From a virus (taxonomy: Duplodnaviria; Caudoviricetes): a stretch of 37,766 nucleotides of DNA. Below, one piece after another: positions 7,637 through 17,656 of this stretch (its first letter is position 1; each line of letters starts with the position of its first letter). Both the position numbers and the translations under genes were made by a program. The DNA lies in IMG/VR virus record IMGVR_UViG_3300010150_000056, positions 1 to 37,766 of that record, one strand, 5' to 3'. Below the pieces are notes generated by a model. That model searched no databases. It saw only the letters and a program-made list of their open reading frames with translations, and was not told the DNA's origin.

Positions 7637-7822
7637 TTAGAATTCACGATTCCTTCTGTCATCTAGATATGAAATGATATCAGCTCGCCACTCCATTAGT
7701 TCATTGAAGCACTCTTGATTGTGAGCACATGACCGTAGTCTATTGTCAGGCTTCAATACACTTTCATAAAAGAGATTGAATGCATCACGTCGTCTTTGTT
7801 GCTTAAGTTCTTCGTCAGTCAT
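7637..7822 (-). CDS. conserved hypothetical cyanophage protein
   Basis: Likely start MTDEELKQQRRRDAFNLFYESVLKPD..LR.CAHNQECF.ELMEWR. Confidence 0.75.
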   Translation of the reverse strand: MTDEELKQQRRRDAFNLFYESVLKPDNRLRSCAHNQECFNELMEWRADIISYLDDRRNREF

Positions 7823-8045
7823 CGAATACCTTACACATAGGGGAACCAGGGTGATCATCACAGAACTTGTCTAATACCTTATCTTGGTGTCTTGATTGTG
7901 GATCAGCAATCTTACCTTCTGTCTTTGGATCCCACTCATCAGGTGAGTGTTCTTCATTACAATGTAGATCTACCTTGTACTCATTCCACTTATCATTAGG
8001 ATCATAAAGTGGATCTGATGGATCTTTTTGGCGTGGTGATGACAT
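7815..8045 (-). CDS. CP12-like protein (C-terminal CP12 cysteine loop)
   Basis: Ends LDKFCDDHPGSPMCKVFDD (C-x8-C-x-x-F-D-D); acidic, disordered N-terminus. Confidence 0.65.
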   Translation of the reverse strand: MSSPRQKDPSDPLYDPNDKWNEYKVDLHCNEEHSPDEWDPKTEGKIADPQSRHQDKVLDKFCDDHPGSPMCKVFDD

Positions 8046-8224
8046 TATGCTTGCTCCTTGTTGAATAGTTTACGGCACTTTTTGACTTCTTTGAGTTCAT
8101 CCTTGATCATTTGATACGCATCTTCAGGAGTGATGCGTCGTGACATTTCCATGGCAATAGTGTATTCAACTCTAGTACCGAAATGTTTAAGTGCTTCTTC
8201 AAATGAATTTAGTTCTTCGTACAT
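8045..8224 (-). CDS. conserved hypothetical protein (59 aa)
   Basis: Manual translation MYEELNSFEEALKHFGTRVEYTIAMEMSRRITPEDAYQMIKDELKEVKK...; GAGG RBS, TAATG coupling. Confidence 0.75.
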   Translation of the reverse strand: MYEELNSFEEALKHFGTRVEYTIAMEMSRRITPEDAYQMIKDELKEVKKCRKLFNKEQA

Positions 8225-8493
8225 GCTGCCTCTTTTTCTGCTTTTGCTTCAGCTTGCTTGCGCTTGCGAGCATCTTCAACTACACTGTAGTCAACACTAT
8301 CAGGGTAGACACGATTCAGAGCATCACAGATGCCCTTGAGAGAGTCCTCACGCTTCTTTGACTGTAGACCCCTCGCACGTAGTTCCTGACGTGTTGGAAT
8401 GTCACCGTGAGGTGCTTGAGCACGAAAGAAAGGAGCGAGGCAGGCAGCGTCATGAATATTGAGCGCAGAACGGTCAGGCAATGAACCTTGCAT
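8209..8493 (-). CDS. hypothetical protein
   Basis: ORF track 8209..8523; start MQGSLP lies downstream of the promoter. Confidence 0.75.
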   Translation of the reverse strand: MQGSLPDRSALNIHDAACLAPFFRAQAPHGDIPTRQELRARGLQSKKREDSLKGICDALNRVYPDSVDYSVVEDARKRKQAEAKAEKEAACTKN

Positions 8494-8518
8494 TATGTAG
8501 GGGGTGATCAACCCATGA

Positions 8519-8547
8519 ATCATACAGCATCAGCCCCTGGTTGTCAA
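8519..8547 (-). promoter_or_regulatory. sigma70-type promoter
   Basis: TTGACA-17nt-TATGAT at the boundary between the structural and small-gene regions. Confidence 0.85.
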
Positions 8548-9527
8548 GGGATCAGGGTCTCGATCTCTTTAAACTCGTTGTGTGTTGTCCTAAACAATAG
8601 AATATCTACCAATTCATTGTTCTCAAATACAAACTCAAAGTCAACTCTAAAGTTCTGTAGTCCTCTTCTTACTCCATTGTCAAATACTACTTGACGAGTG
8701 TCAGGAAATACGCTATTGATATACTTTCCATGTTCTTCTGTCAAGAAATCACCCTTTGCAGATGACAGACCATATAGATGTTCTCTTGAAATCTGTTCAT
8801 CTCTCAACTCAATCTTCTCACGATTGATCTCACTGGTTATCACACTTCTGGTCTCTTTTTTATTCTTTCTTTCTCTCCAAAATGCTGTATGATATTGACA
8901 GTTTAATCTAAATGATTCTCTACCATCAGCATGGAAGATCATCTCACCATCTAGGTACAAAGGATTTCTTTTACAATGCGCGACAAGTCTAGACATTACT
9001 TCGTTACCAGTAATGTTATAATCTAGACCCTGACCTTGTTTCACCTTTATTGCGGTAGGAGTACCAGAGATATCATACAAATAACCAACAAGTTGAGCGC
9101 CTTTATCAAAACTTATACGTGCGTCTGGATTAGCATGAAGTGTATGAAGAACTTCTGTAGCCTTATCATATGCGTCCCTCAAATGTGAGGTGTTTGTCTC
9201 ATCGATTAGATGTTGTAACTGACGCTGTTGATACAGTGCATTGTACGATAAGATTACCCTACTCTCATAAGACAAGTGCTCATTACCATTATGATTAACA
9301 CGAAACTCCTTGCGCTCGTTTTCAATAATAGGAGCCACTCCGCTAATTAAATAATCAAATACAAAGATTTCATTTATATTATTACGAGCATTATCTGCTA
9401 TTGCAGGTTGATACTTCACATCTTTCAACGATGTATACAACCACGGCATCATCGAACTTGTGTATAGATGCTCTTGCCTCAATACACTGTAGACTTCTTT
9501 TACTGTGTAAGTGTCGGAGAAGATCAT
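8544..9527 (-). CDS. hypothetical protein (327 aa)
   Basis: Long ORF coupled to upstream gene; no motif recognised. Confidence 0.8.
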   Translation of the reverse strand: MIFSDTYTVKEVYSVLRQEHLYTSSMMPWLYTSLKDVKYQPAIADNARNNINEIFVFDYLISGVAPIIENERKEFRVNHNGNEHLSYESRVILSYNALYQQRQLQHLIDETNTSHLRDAYDKATEVLHTLHANPDARISFDKGAQLVGYLYDISGTPTAIKVKQGQGLDYNITGNEVMSRLVAHCKRNPLYLDGEMIFHADGRESFRLNCQYHTAFWRERKNKKETRSVITSEINREKIELRDEQISREHLYGLSSAKGDFLTEEHGKYINSVFPDTRQVVFDNGVRRGLQNFRVDFEFVFENNELVDILLFRTTHNEFKEIETLIP

Positions 9528-9877
9528 TCGTTTGATGCGATAAGTTGTCCTAGATCATTATACAATGCATAAAACACATACATCTCTGGATTAGCAACAG
9601 CTGCTTGACTATCAGGGAAGTTGTCATCAAAGTAATCAAGAACACCCTGATCTAGTTTCTCAAGCTCTACCACCACATACTCTGAATCTTTCATGTCAGC
9701 AATAAGATCTGACTCTAGCATTTTTGAATATCTAGCAATAGATGTATTGATAGCATCAACATTAGTGCTATTGTTCCATCCAGTGACTCTAATGAACGCC
9801 AATGGAACACCAGCTGTCATTGCATAGCGTCCAAGAATCTCTTGTAGATTGAAGATCTGATAGTTTTGGTTAATCAT
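9524..9877 (-). CDS. hypothetical protein (117 aa)
   Basis: ORF overlapping both neighbours. Confidence 0.8.
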   Translation of the reverse strand: MINQNYQIFNLQEILGRYAMTAGVPLAFIRVTGWNNSTNVDAINTSIARYSKMLESDLIADMKDSEYVVVELEKLDQGVLDYFDDNFPDSQAAVANPEMYVFYALYNDLGQLIASNE

Positions 9878-10406
9878 CGATAAACATTTTCCAGGCGACA
9901 GTGACTCTTAATCCTTTGAAGTTTCTAGTACACGGTGCAGCACAGTGTGGTATCTTACCAGGGAACAATACTGCTTTGTTTGGTCTTGGAAAAATACTAT
10001 GTACTTCACCATCATTGATGTAGAAGTTAGTTGCCCCACCTAGCATTGGATGCCATTTAGGATTTACATATAACAATAGCGTTCTTCCGTTATCAGTCTC
10101 TGCATCAACATGAATTGACCCATCTAGACCGTAAGTATGCCCATTAGCATACACATGTTGTAGTTTGAATCGTGTATTTAGTTTCTTCTGTATCTTATTT
10201 AGAAGGTGATCATAAAAGAAAGCATCTTCAGCAAAATCCTGCTTCCAGAATGGTGTGCAACTATTATAATCTGGATGATCTTTACCTAATGAGGTGTGAC
10301 CAAAGGTCCATCGCGATCCATATCCAGTCTTATTCTTAATCTCTTCCCAATCGTCTCGATCAAAGAAGTTATCGTATTGTAAAACGTCGCTAGTAATATA
10401 TGTCAT
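9870..10406 (-). CDS. 2OG-Fe(II) oxygenase (prolyl-hydroxylase-like)
   Basis: HVD...TLLLY.N..W....GG.T.F...P.PN.AVLFPG.IPH.A...R.TVAWK. Confidence 0.85.
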   Translation of the reverse strand: MTYITSDVLQYDNFFDRDDWEEIKNKTGYGSRWTFGHTSLGKDHPDYNSCTPFWKQDFAEDAFFYDHLLNKIQKKLNTRFKLQHVYANGHTYGLDGSIHVDAETDNGRTLLLYVNPKWHPMLGGATNFYINDGEVHSIFPRPNKAVLFPGKIPHCAAPCTRNFKGLRVTVAWKMFIDD

Positions 10407-11050
10407 GGTCTATCTACAAATTCTCTAATCATGTTCATTCTTGCGGATTCAAGTTTCTCTAGTTGTTCATGACTAATGTCATCAGCAACATTATTGATTG
10501 CCAGCTTAAGATCAATAATATTCTGTCTCATAGCAGATTCTTTAATGTAACTCTCTGCCCAACCAATAGCCACCTTTCTATCACCACTAGTGACTTCATT
10601 TACTTTATGCCAAAGACCAGTATTATATAAAATAACTGATCCTTTTGGTGGTTTAAATGATGATTCAGTATTACCAACACGAATAACTAACTCTCCACCC
10701 TCATATTCATCAGGGTCATTAAGAGCTACAGTGTAACTAAAGTGTGGTGCAATACCAGAGATAGGGAATGCATCCAAGTGCCAATTATAAAACCCACCAG
10801 TCTTATACCAAACAAAATATGGTTGTCCAGATCTCCTGATTAGATAATCTTTTGTTGCTTTCTGTAGTGGTTTATAGAGTGTTTCTATACACCTTTTATA
10901 ATCTTGGTCATCATAATTAAGTGCAAGACTTTTCTTTACATTTGCTCTGGGATTACTATCACTTCCACAGTGAAATCTATGCTCTGTGTATACAGAAAGT
11001 AGATTACCTGACTCTGCAGGAGTCAGAACATCATTCAGCAACCATATCAT
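10403..11050 (-). CDS. PKHD-type Fe(II)/2OG hydroxylase (PiuC/YbiX-like)
   Basis: Y.WHLD...S.TV.LNDPDEYEGGEL.I...G..ILY....H.V.EVT.G.R.VAIGW.ES.I. Confidence 0.85.
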   Translation of the reverse strand: MIWLLNDVLTPAESGNLLSVYTEHRFHCGSDSNPRANVKKSLALNYDDQDYKRCIETLYKPLQKATKDYLIRRSGQPYFVWYKTGGFYNWHLDAFPISGIAPHFSYTVALNDPDEYEGGELVIRVGNTESSFKPPKGSVILYNTGLWHKVNEVTSGDRKVAIGWAESYIKESAMRQNIIDLKLAINNVADDISHEQLEKLESARMNMIREFVDRP

Positions 11051-12002
11051 CTAAATCTTCCTCACTATAAAATGTCGAATAATCGATACCGTTTTCAACG
11101 AAGTCTTCGACTCGCATCAACTTCATCAAATCTTGTACTCCTTGTGCTACCGCTCTCTTGGCGTTAGTAGATCTATCTCTCCATTCAATGATAGTTGTCA
11201 ATCTATCATTGACATAATCTTTAGATGCATCAACATCTCTTTCTGTCCATAACCTCGCATCATCTATATCAAGATTGTATTCAATTGCATTACCAGCAGG
11301 ATCTACATTATCAGGATATGCAATTTTATAAATTGCTGGGTCAATAGGCCATTTAATACCCTTGATTGCCTTGAAGAGATCTAGAGGATCATCATACTTT
11401 TTAGTGAATGCATCCATGTTACGAAGTGCCTTTCTCCACTTCTTCCACATCTCTTTCTCACCTTCGTAAGAATCTTCAATGTCAGGTAGGACACGCCAGT
11501 CAGAACCTTTGAGCATTGCTGTTCTTTCAACTAGCCTCTTATTCATAGTGGCATCATAAAACAATTGCTCTTCAGAAATTTTAGTAATCTTATCTCTGAT
11601 CTGTCTTTCTCTCACCACATGAGAGGCAGCAGTAAGGTTTACTACTCTTTCACGCAACTCTACAATTTGTTCTGTAGTAGCACCGTTGAAAATATATTGA
11701 ATAGAGGTTGATTGATCAGTCGCAAAATCATATTTAAATTTTCTACGTTGAATAAGTGCAGTATTATCACTATAGAAAAGAACGTGCTCTAGCTCATCAA
11801 CTGTGTCTGTATGAAATACATCACCAACAACCTCTTTCTTAAATCTCTCCATGATATCAGGAAGGATTTTAATTGGCTGACTGATTTTTGTACCATTAGG
11901 CAAGTTCAAAAGGTGAGTAGAATCGACAATGATATTGTTGAGTAAATCAATCTCCATTATCACCCTGTTAATATTATCTACTAATTCGTTGCTATCAGCC
12001 AT
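11031..12002 (-). CDS. tail fibre assembly chaperone-domain protein
   Basis: ERTAMLKGSDWRVLPD....W.KWRKALRNM....IKWP.DP matches the phage tail assembly chaperone motif. Confidence 0.75.
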   Translation of the reverse strand: MADSNELVDNINRVIMEIDLLNNIIVDSTHLLNLPNGTKISQPIKILPDIMERFKKEVVGDVFHTDTVDELEHVLFYSDNTALIQRRKFKYDFATDQSTSIQYIFNGATTEQIVELRERVVNLTAASHVVRERQIRDKITKISEEQLFYDATMNKRLVERTAMLKGSDWRVLPDIEDSYEGEKEMWKKWRKALRNMDAFTKKYDDPLDLFKAIKGIKWPIDPAIYKIAYPDNVDPAGNAIEYNLDIDDARLWTERDVDASKDYVNDRLTTIIEWRDRSTNAKRAVAQGVQDLMKLMRVEDFVENGIDYSTFYSEEDLDDMVAE

Positions 12003-12681
12003 GAGTTTTGATATACCAACCTGTTACTATATATTTATCCTTATCACCTAGAAGAAAACCACCCCTATGAACGTGTGTTAGACCAGCAGGGAAAATAACT
12101 ACTGTACCAACTGTAGGTTTAACTCTACGTTTCTGATACATGAACTCGGTTTCACCACCTTCTTCAATATCATTTAGATATATCATCCATGTCAATTCAC
12201 GAGCTGCACATTCAACTGTACCATTTTCATAGTGCCATGAGTGATATCCTCCACCAGGAGGAGTTCTCTGCATCTTAATATCAGAAGAAAACATTCTAGT
12301 CTTCTTTAATGTAGAAAAGTGACTGCAATAGTGATTAGCACATGCTTTCAACATCTGGTTAATATTACTAGTATATTTTGCTGATGCATAGTTTAGCATG
12401 AATGCGCTATCATGTCTATTATATGCAGACCCATACATTTCAGAACCTTCCATGATTTTACTCTCTGAAAGTGAACCTCCTAGATCTGTATCATCCTCTT
12501 CGTTGATGGTATTAGCAAGATCTCCATTAAAGATCTTATCGCCATATGTGATAATTTGTTGACAGAGAGGTGCTGGTACAAAGTTTTCCCACACACCAAT
12601 AAAATCTGTAAAATCACTCTTGGTGATTTTTGGATTTTGCATTAATTCAATGGGGCGGTAAGAGGGGACTGTTTGGGTCAT
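11995..12681 (-). CDS. 2OG-Fe(II) oxygenase (prolyl 4-hydroxylase-like)
   Basis: GGGYHSWHYE...WMIYLND.EEGGETEF...GTVVIFPA..TH.HRG....KYI.TGW. Confidence 0.9.
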   Translation of the reverse strand: MTQTVPSYRPIELMQNPKITKSDFTDFIGVWENFVPAPLCQQIITYGDKIFNGDLANTINEEDDTDLGGSLSESKIMEGSEMYGSAYNRHDSAFMLNYASAKYTSNINQMLKACANHYCSHFSTLKKTRMFSSDIKMQRTPPGGGYHSWHYENGTVECAARELTWMIYLNDIEEGGETEFMYQKRRVKPTVGTVVIFPAGLTHVHRGGFLLGDKDKYIVTGWYIKTHG

Positions 12682-12696
12682 AATTATGAAATATTA

Positions 12697-15600
12697 TTAG
12701 AATGCTTTGATTATATATTTGACTTTGTGGAACTCCTGTACGATAGGAACCTGTATGTTGGGTTGCATCTTGACACTAGGAATTGGTTTCTTAATGTTTT
12801 GATTGAGAGTGAACGTACCAGTGTTCAATACATATCCAACTGGTGGTGTGTTGCCAACAAATTGATTATTGTCAAAGCTGACGTTAAGTGTACTACCAAA
12901 ACCACCTAATCCTGTTTTGAAAAGACCAGGACCATTTTGGTTACCATAACTATAATCTTGCGTTGGATCTAAAACAGGAGATAATCCCATCAAGTGATTG
13001 TGTGAAGAAGTTGTAGTGTCACTATCTTCTAGAATTGCTGGTGGAGTATATGCCTCAATTCTAAATCTTGTTCCAGTAACATCAATAGCAGCAGAAACAG
13101 CAGTTGCTCCAGGTCCAGTCTGTCCGTATACACCTTCTGGATATCTACGTAAATTCTCATGATTTTGCGCGGTTGCTATAACATCATCAGGGTTAAGACC
13201 GTTGTAAGGTGATGGCCAGAATACTTTCGCAGTTAGTGTCAAACTAGCTGTTCCTGGAGGATCTCCCTCTCCAAGAGGGGCATCTCCAAATGTTCCTGCC
13301 CATTCAACAATACGCTCCTTGAAACTTCTACTTTCATTTGACTGAAGAATATCATCCCAAAGTTGATCGAAGTACAGAGCATTGCCACCTGGTTGAGTTT
13401 TTGATTTCAACTCTGACAGATATAGTGGATACCATACATCAGGTTGCTCTCGATAAATTTCATCTTCTGCAATACCGCCACCTCCAATGAAGTTAATATA
13501 TGGACCGTCACCAGTACCAGTTGATTTATTAGCCTGTCCAAGACCACTATTAGCAAGAACTTGAGTGCTCCATGGAATCAATCCTGTACCACCAAATCCT
13601 TCAGCAGTAAACGCAGTAACAAATAGGTGACTATGTGTAGGAACATCAATGATTTTCTCCTGCAACTGTCCAATCTGTGCAGTTACTGTACCATTAACAG
13701 TAAACTCAACATCAGACTGAATTGGTGCATTGAATTGTGTCTTAACTGTACCAAAGTTAAAGAAATTACTCTCGGTGCCTTGATCAGAATTGATTACTGG
13801 TGTTGTTGTTACTGTTAATACTTTAATACCAGGAGAAAATACAGGAGTGCCACCACCAGGTGCAGCATTGGAGAATCCAATGTCCATCAAATCTCCAGGT
13901 TGATATCCAGTACCAGGATCTAGTATTGACACAATTGTAATTCTTGTATCATCTGGACTACCCGAACCATCGTAATCAGCTGCTTCTGCTCTAACTCGCA
14001 GTCGTAGTCCAGTACCATTACCACCAGTAACTAGAATATCTTCCTCTACAGATTCACCGAATGCAGTCCAATAGTCAGGACTACCACCTTCACCTCTATT
14101 TACATATTGACCAACTGTTCTTGTAATATATTCAGCACCAGAAGAAGGTTTATTCTGAAACAATGCGAATGTTTGAACCTTACCTTCAGCTTGTGAACCA
14201 CCTTGTAGTATTTGCTCGTAAGGATTATCACCAGCAACATCTACCTTATCAACATACCACCACCCACCAATGTTACCTGGTTCGTTGATGTTATTTGTTG
14301 GAAGGAAAGCAGACGATGATCTATTACCATCAACAACACCAACTCCAGTAAGTTTCCTATTTCTATAGTCAGGAACTTTAAAGTGTGTAGCTGCAGCTCC
14401 AGTAGTGGCAACACCATTAGCATCACATTCTCCATAATGAGTATTGATAACGGCAAACAAATCCAGGTATTCAGTTTTTGATAGTTGTCTACCATCACAC
14501 TCAATGAAACCAGGATATCTAGAATCTAGATTACCATCTATTGTACCATAAGATCCGTTTGGTTGCTTAAGAACGGAAAGAACTGTACCAATAGCAAGAC
14601 CATCATCTTTCGCATTTCGTAATTGAACATCACCATTAGTATCTTCATATGTGTAAGAGTTCTTCCTACTATACCATGTTCCTTTTAATTCTGGTGCAGG
14701 TGGTGCTACTGAATATGTACCTACACCCCAAGTAAATTGATTATTAGCACCAGTACCTACAGTAACACTAGTGCTTACAAGTTGAGCAAGACCACCAGAG
14801 GTTAGATACAATTGGAAGCTACTATTAGCAGGTGTAAATGTTCTTGGTCCTGCAACTGGTTGATCAAAGTCGATAGAGATAAGTACACCATTTGTACCAC
14901 TGATTGTAATATCTCTATTGATACCAGTGACAGCAACAATAGAACTAACATATTGTCTATTAGGTGCCCTGTTAGTAAGATCATTTGGTGGTGTGAAATC
15001 AGCGTCAGTATCAGGACCAGTGTTTGTAATAATAGACCATTCAGGAATCTGTAGTGTACCAACTTTAATTGTAGTGCCTACTGTACCACCAAATGTAGCA
15101 TTGGATTTATTATAAATTTGAATTCTGTCACCATTACTCACATCTGTAGGAAAAATTCCAATGGAACTTTCAGCACCATTATCATAGTAGATTTTAACTC
15201 TTGGTTCTGTACCATCTGTAGCCACTAGTGTTACAGGTACAGTTACACCATTACCTAGTCCAACGATACCACTAGTTGGTTTTACATCAGATGCAATCAA
15301 AGTGTCCTCAAGTGCATCAAGTGCATCATTGAATACAAATGTTCCAGGCGTAGTAGATGGGAAACTACCAGTAGTAACACCCCATGCAGATCCAGTAATG
15401 CCATCACCAATACTCAAAAGATTTGTAGTGGTGGTAGTTGATGTTGCTGGTGTTCTTAATACTAACTGTATATACTCACCATTCTGAATGGTTGGATTGG
15501 TACTAGCAGCAACAAATGTTGTATTGTCTAGAACATCATATCCATCATCGTTTACAACGAAAGCATTACTAGATGAGACACCAATTAGCGCACCATTATC

Positions 15601-16260
15601 AGTATTGATTACTGCCTGATCATTTAGACCAGTAACTCTTAAGATCTCACTATAAACATCAGTGTCAACTGGAGCACCAGTGATTTCATCAAAATCAGGG
15701 AATGGTTCTGGAATGTTAGGTGGTTGTACTGCCGAGGTGATAGTCCATCTCTCGGTTCTAGCACCAATAGTTAAGTCAGCAACTCTTGTAAGACCACCAG
15801 TATCATTAGACTTTAGTCTTAACTGAAGCCTATCATTATTTTGTACAAAGACATTACTGGCTGGAATAACCCATGGTCCAAAGTCTGCTTCACCCTGATG
15901 TACTAACTGAATACGAACAGCATAATCAGTAATATTAGTTCCAATGTAAGATGATACTAGTGAAACACTTGCTGATGATCCAGGTGTCAATCCAGAAACT
16001 ACAATAATATCTTCTTGTGCTCTAGTACCATCACCATAGACATACATGATGTCTGGTGTTACTTCATCTAGTGGTGTAAATGGAAATGGATCGGGTGCAA
16101 AATCTTCTGGGATCGTAGAGATATACCAGATTGTCTGCTGATCACCAATCTGAACCGTTACGCTTTGAGTTGTGTCCCAAGCTGATGGCGCTTTAAACTT
16201 CAGGCGAATAGTTTGCCCTTCGCTTACATATACAGGTGTAGTTCCGAACGAAAAGGTCAT
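12697..16260 (-). CDS. tail fibre protein: 4.5 N-terminal Ig-like repeats + tail collar + HxH tip domain
   Basis: Collar motif IGTV...PGFIECDG..L...Y.DLF.VI...YG...F.VPDYR; HSH and HNH motifs; ends YIIKAF; N-terminal D..PD.F.F..S....V.GL..NGD..Q..IG..W repeats. Confidence 0.85.
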   Translation of the reverse strand: MTFSFGTTPVYVSEGQTIRLKFKAPSAWDTTQSVTVQIGDQQTIWYISTIPEDFAPDPFPFTPLDEVTPDIMYVYGDGTRAQEDIIVVSGLTPGSSASVSLVSSYIGTNITDYAVRIQLVHQGEADFGPWVIPASNVFVQNNDRLQLRLKSNDTGGLTRVADLTIGARTERWTITSAVQPPNIPEPFPDFDEITGAPVDTDVYSEILRVTGLNDQAVINTDNGALIGVSSSNAFVVNDDGYDVLDNTTFVAASTNPTIQNGEYIQLVLRTPATSTTTTTNLLSIGDGITGSAWGVTTGSFPSTTPGTFVFNDALDALEDTLIASDVKPTSGIVGLGNGVTVPVTLVATDGTEPRVKIYYDNGAESSIGIFPTDVSNGDRIQIYNKSNATFGGTVGTTIKVGTLQIPEWSIITNTGPDTDADFTPPNDLTNRAPNRQYVSSIVAVTGINRDITISGTNGVLISIDFDQPVAGPRTFTPANSSFQLYLTSGGLAQLVSTSVTVGTGANNQFTWGVGTYSVAPPAPELKGTWYSRKNSYTYEDTNGDVQLRNAKDDGLAIGTVLSVLKQPNGSYGTIDGNLDSRYPGFIECDGRQLSKTEYLDLFAVINTHYGECDANGVATTGAAATHFKVPDYRNRKLTGVGVVDGNRSSSAFLPTNNINEPGNIGGWWYVDKVDVAGDNPYEQILQGGSQAEGKVQTFALFQNKPSSGAEYITRTVGQYVNRGEGGSPDYWTAFGESVEEDILVTGGNGTGLRLRVRAEAADYDGSGSPDDTRITIVSILDPGTGYQPGDLMDIGFSNAAPGGGTPVFSPGIKVLTVTTTPVINSDQGTESNFFNFGTVKTQFNAPIQSDVEFTVNGTVTAQIGQLQEKIIDVPTHSHLFVTAFTAEGFGGTGLIPWSTQVLANSGLGQANKSTGTGDGPYINFIGGGGIAEDEIYREQPDVWYPLYLSELKSKTQPGGNALYFDQLWDDILQSNESRSFKERIVEWAGTFGDAPLGEGDPPGTASLTLTAKVFWPSPYNGLNPDDVIATAQNHENLRRYPEGVYGQTGPGATAVSAAIDVTGTRFRIEAYTPPAILEDSDTTTSSHNHLMGLSPVLDPTQDYSYGNQNGPGLFKTGLGGFGSTLNVSFDNNQFVGNTPPVGYVLNTGTFTLNQNIKKPIPSVKMQPNIQVPIVQEFHKVKYIIKAF

Positions 16261-16291
16261 TTACCGCAGGCGATGGTCACGATTTCTTTAG

Positions 16292-16298
16292 TATTTAT
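16292..16298 (-). promoter_or_regulatory. T4-type late promoter
   Basis: ATAAATA overlapping the upstream stop codon, 31 nt before the ATG at 16260. Confidence 0.65.
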
Positions 16299-17656
16299 CA
16301 GATCTCTCTGACTTCTATAAATGTACCACCATCAACTTCAACTTGAATGGGATAGTTGGATTTAATCTCTACAGGGATGTCTATATCCTCAACAACAATC
16401 TGTTCACTAGTAACTATTGCATCTGGTGTGATAACTGGTTGCTCATCACGCAGCTTATCTTCTGATGATGGAATGTCAATAGCATCTGGTATTCGATCAA
16501 TATTAATAGGAACTGTAACTACTTTGATAGATTGAAGTCCACCAGCTCCCTCACCATATAACTCATATCTGATAGTAGATGGTCCTCTATCATGATACGC
16601 AACAGTATCTGTATATGTACCACTAGCAACAAAACCTAGATCTACAACTCTATCAGTTTCATTTGAATCAAGATCATACTCTTTAATTCTCAATTCATAT
16701 GTTGTAGTTGCTCTTACTTGTTCATGAGATAATATAATATCATCACCATAATTTACTGATAGAGGACCAGCAAGATCAACTTCTGGTGGTTGTATTACAG
16801 TGATAGTAATTTGTTGACTATCAGTTCCACCCAAACCAGATGCAGTTGCAGTATATGTAGTGGTGATTGTCGGAGAAATAATTTGATTACTCACTAAAAG
16901 GGTTGATCCAATCCCAGGATTGATAATCATAGTGCTGGCATCACCAGTAGTAGTCCATCTCAATCTAGTGGTTTCCCCAATAACAATTGTAGAATTGTCA
17001 AGCGTTAATGTTATTTGAGGAGGCTGATATACGTACAATACAACAGAATTACTTCGAGTACCACCGTATCCATATCCTGTTAACGTATAAGTTGTCGTAC
17101 TAGTAGGAGATACCGTAAGACTACCAGATGTACCAACGCCTCCAATGCCACTAATTGATCTAGAATAAGTATTTGATGTACTCCAATAAAGAGTTGCAGA
17201 TCCTGGATTTATAAACGAAGTTGGACTAACAGATATGTTTACATACGGTGGATTAAAGTAACATGTACCATCATCTTGTTGTGCAGATGGATTATAGTTT
17301 ACTGCGTTTGGATTAGTACATCCCCTGATTATTGGTGGCGGACAACTACCATTAGCCATGCCAGTATGCCTACCCCTTGACCGAACTTGCCAATATTCAC
17401 CACTGGATCTACCACCGTCTTTGACCATATTTCTGATACTACCATGTACCTGCCGTCCAGTACCATATACCCATGCATATACGTATGCTTCTACACCACC
17501 CTGTTCTCCATATCTACCAAACAAACTATAATATGCATATGTAATTTGATTGCGGTAGGTATCATTAAAATCACCACCACCACCAGGGAACCATATACTA
17601 TAGTTGGTGACACATGATCCACCGTAATTATTCCAATGTCCGATTCGATATGGCAT
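16298..17656 (-). CDS. putative fibre tip/adhesin paralog 5 (DUF4214-like N-terminus, GCT..NYNP motif, Ig-like repeats, conserved C-terminus)
   Basis: AYYSLFGRYGEQGGVEAYV; GCTNPNAVNYNPSAQQDDGTC; ..TL.W..TTYTLT repeats; shared 67-aa tail. Confidence 0.75.
   Translation of the reverse strand: MPYRIGHWNNYGGSCVTNYSIWFPGGGGDFNDTYRNQITYAYYSLFGRYGEQGGVEAYVYAWVYGTGRQVHGSIRNMVKDGGRSSGEYWQVRSRGRHTGMANGSCPPPIIRGCTNPNAVNYNPSAQQDDGTCYFNPPYVNISVSPTSFINPGSATLYWSTSNTYSRSISGIGGVGTSGSLTVSPTSTTTYTLTGYGYGGTRSNSVVLYVYQPPQITLTLDNSTIVIGETTRLRWTTTGDASTMIINPGIGSTLLVSNQIISPTITTTYTATASGLGGTDSQQITITVIQPPEVDLAGPLSVNYGDDIILSHEQVRATTTYELRIKEYDLDSNETDRVVDLGFVASGTYTDTVAYHDRGPSTIRYELYGEGAGGLQSIKVVTVPINIDRIPDAIDIPSSEDKLRDEQPVITPDAIVTSEQIVVEDIDIPVEIKSNYPIQVEVDGGTFIEVREI

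Noticed and set aside
7627-7655. Promoter at TATACT upstream of 7607
   Set aside because: No -35 or bipartite motif at the expected distance; insufficient support
16261-16300. Stop-codon readthrough fusing tip 5 to the hub
   Set aside because: The 37-nt gap is out of frame, contains a late promoter, and shows no obvious slippery site
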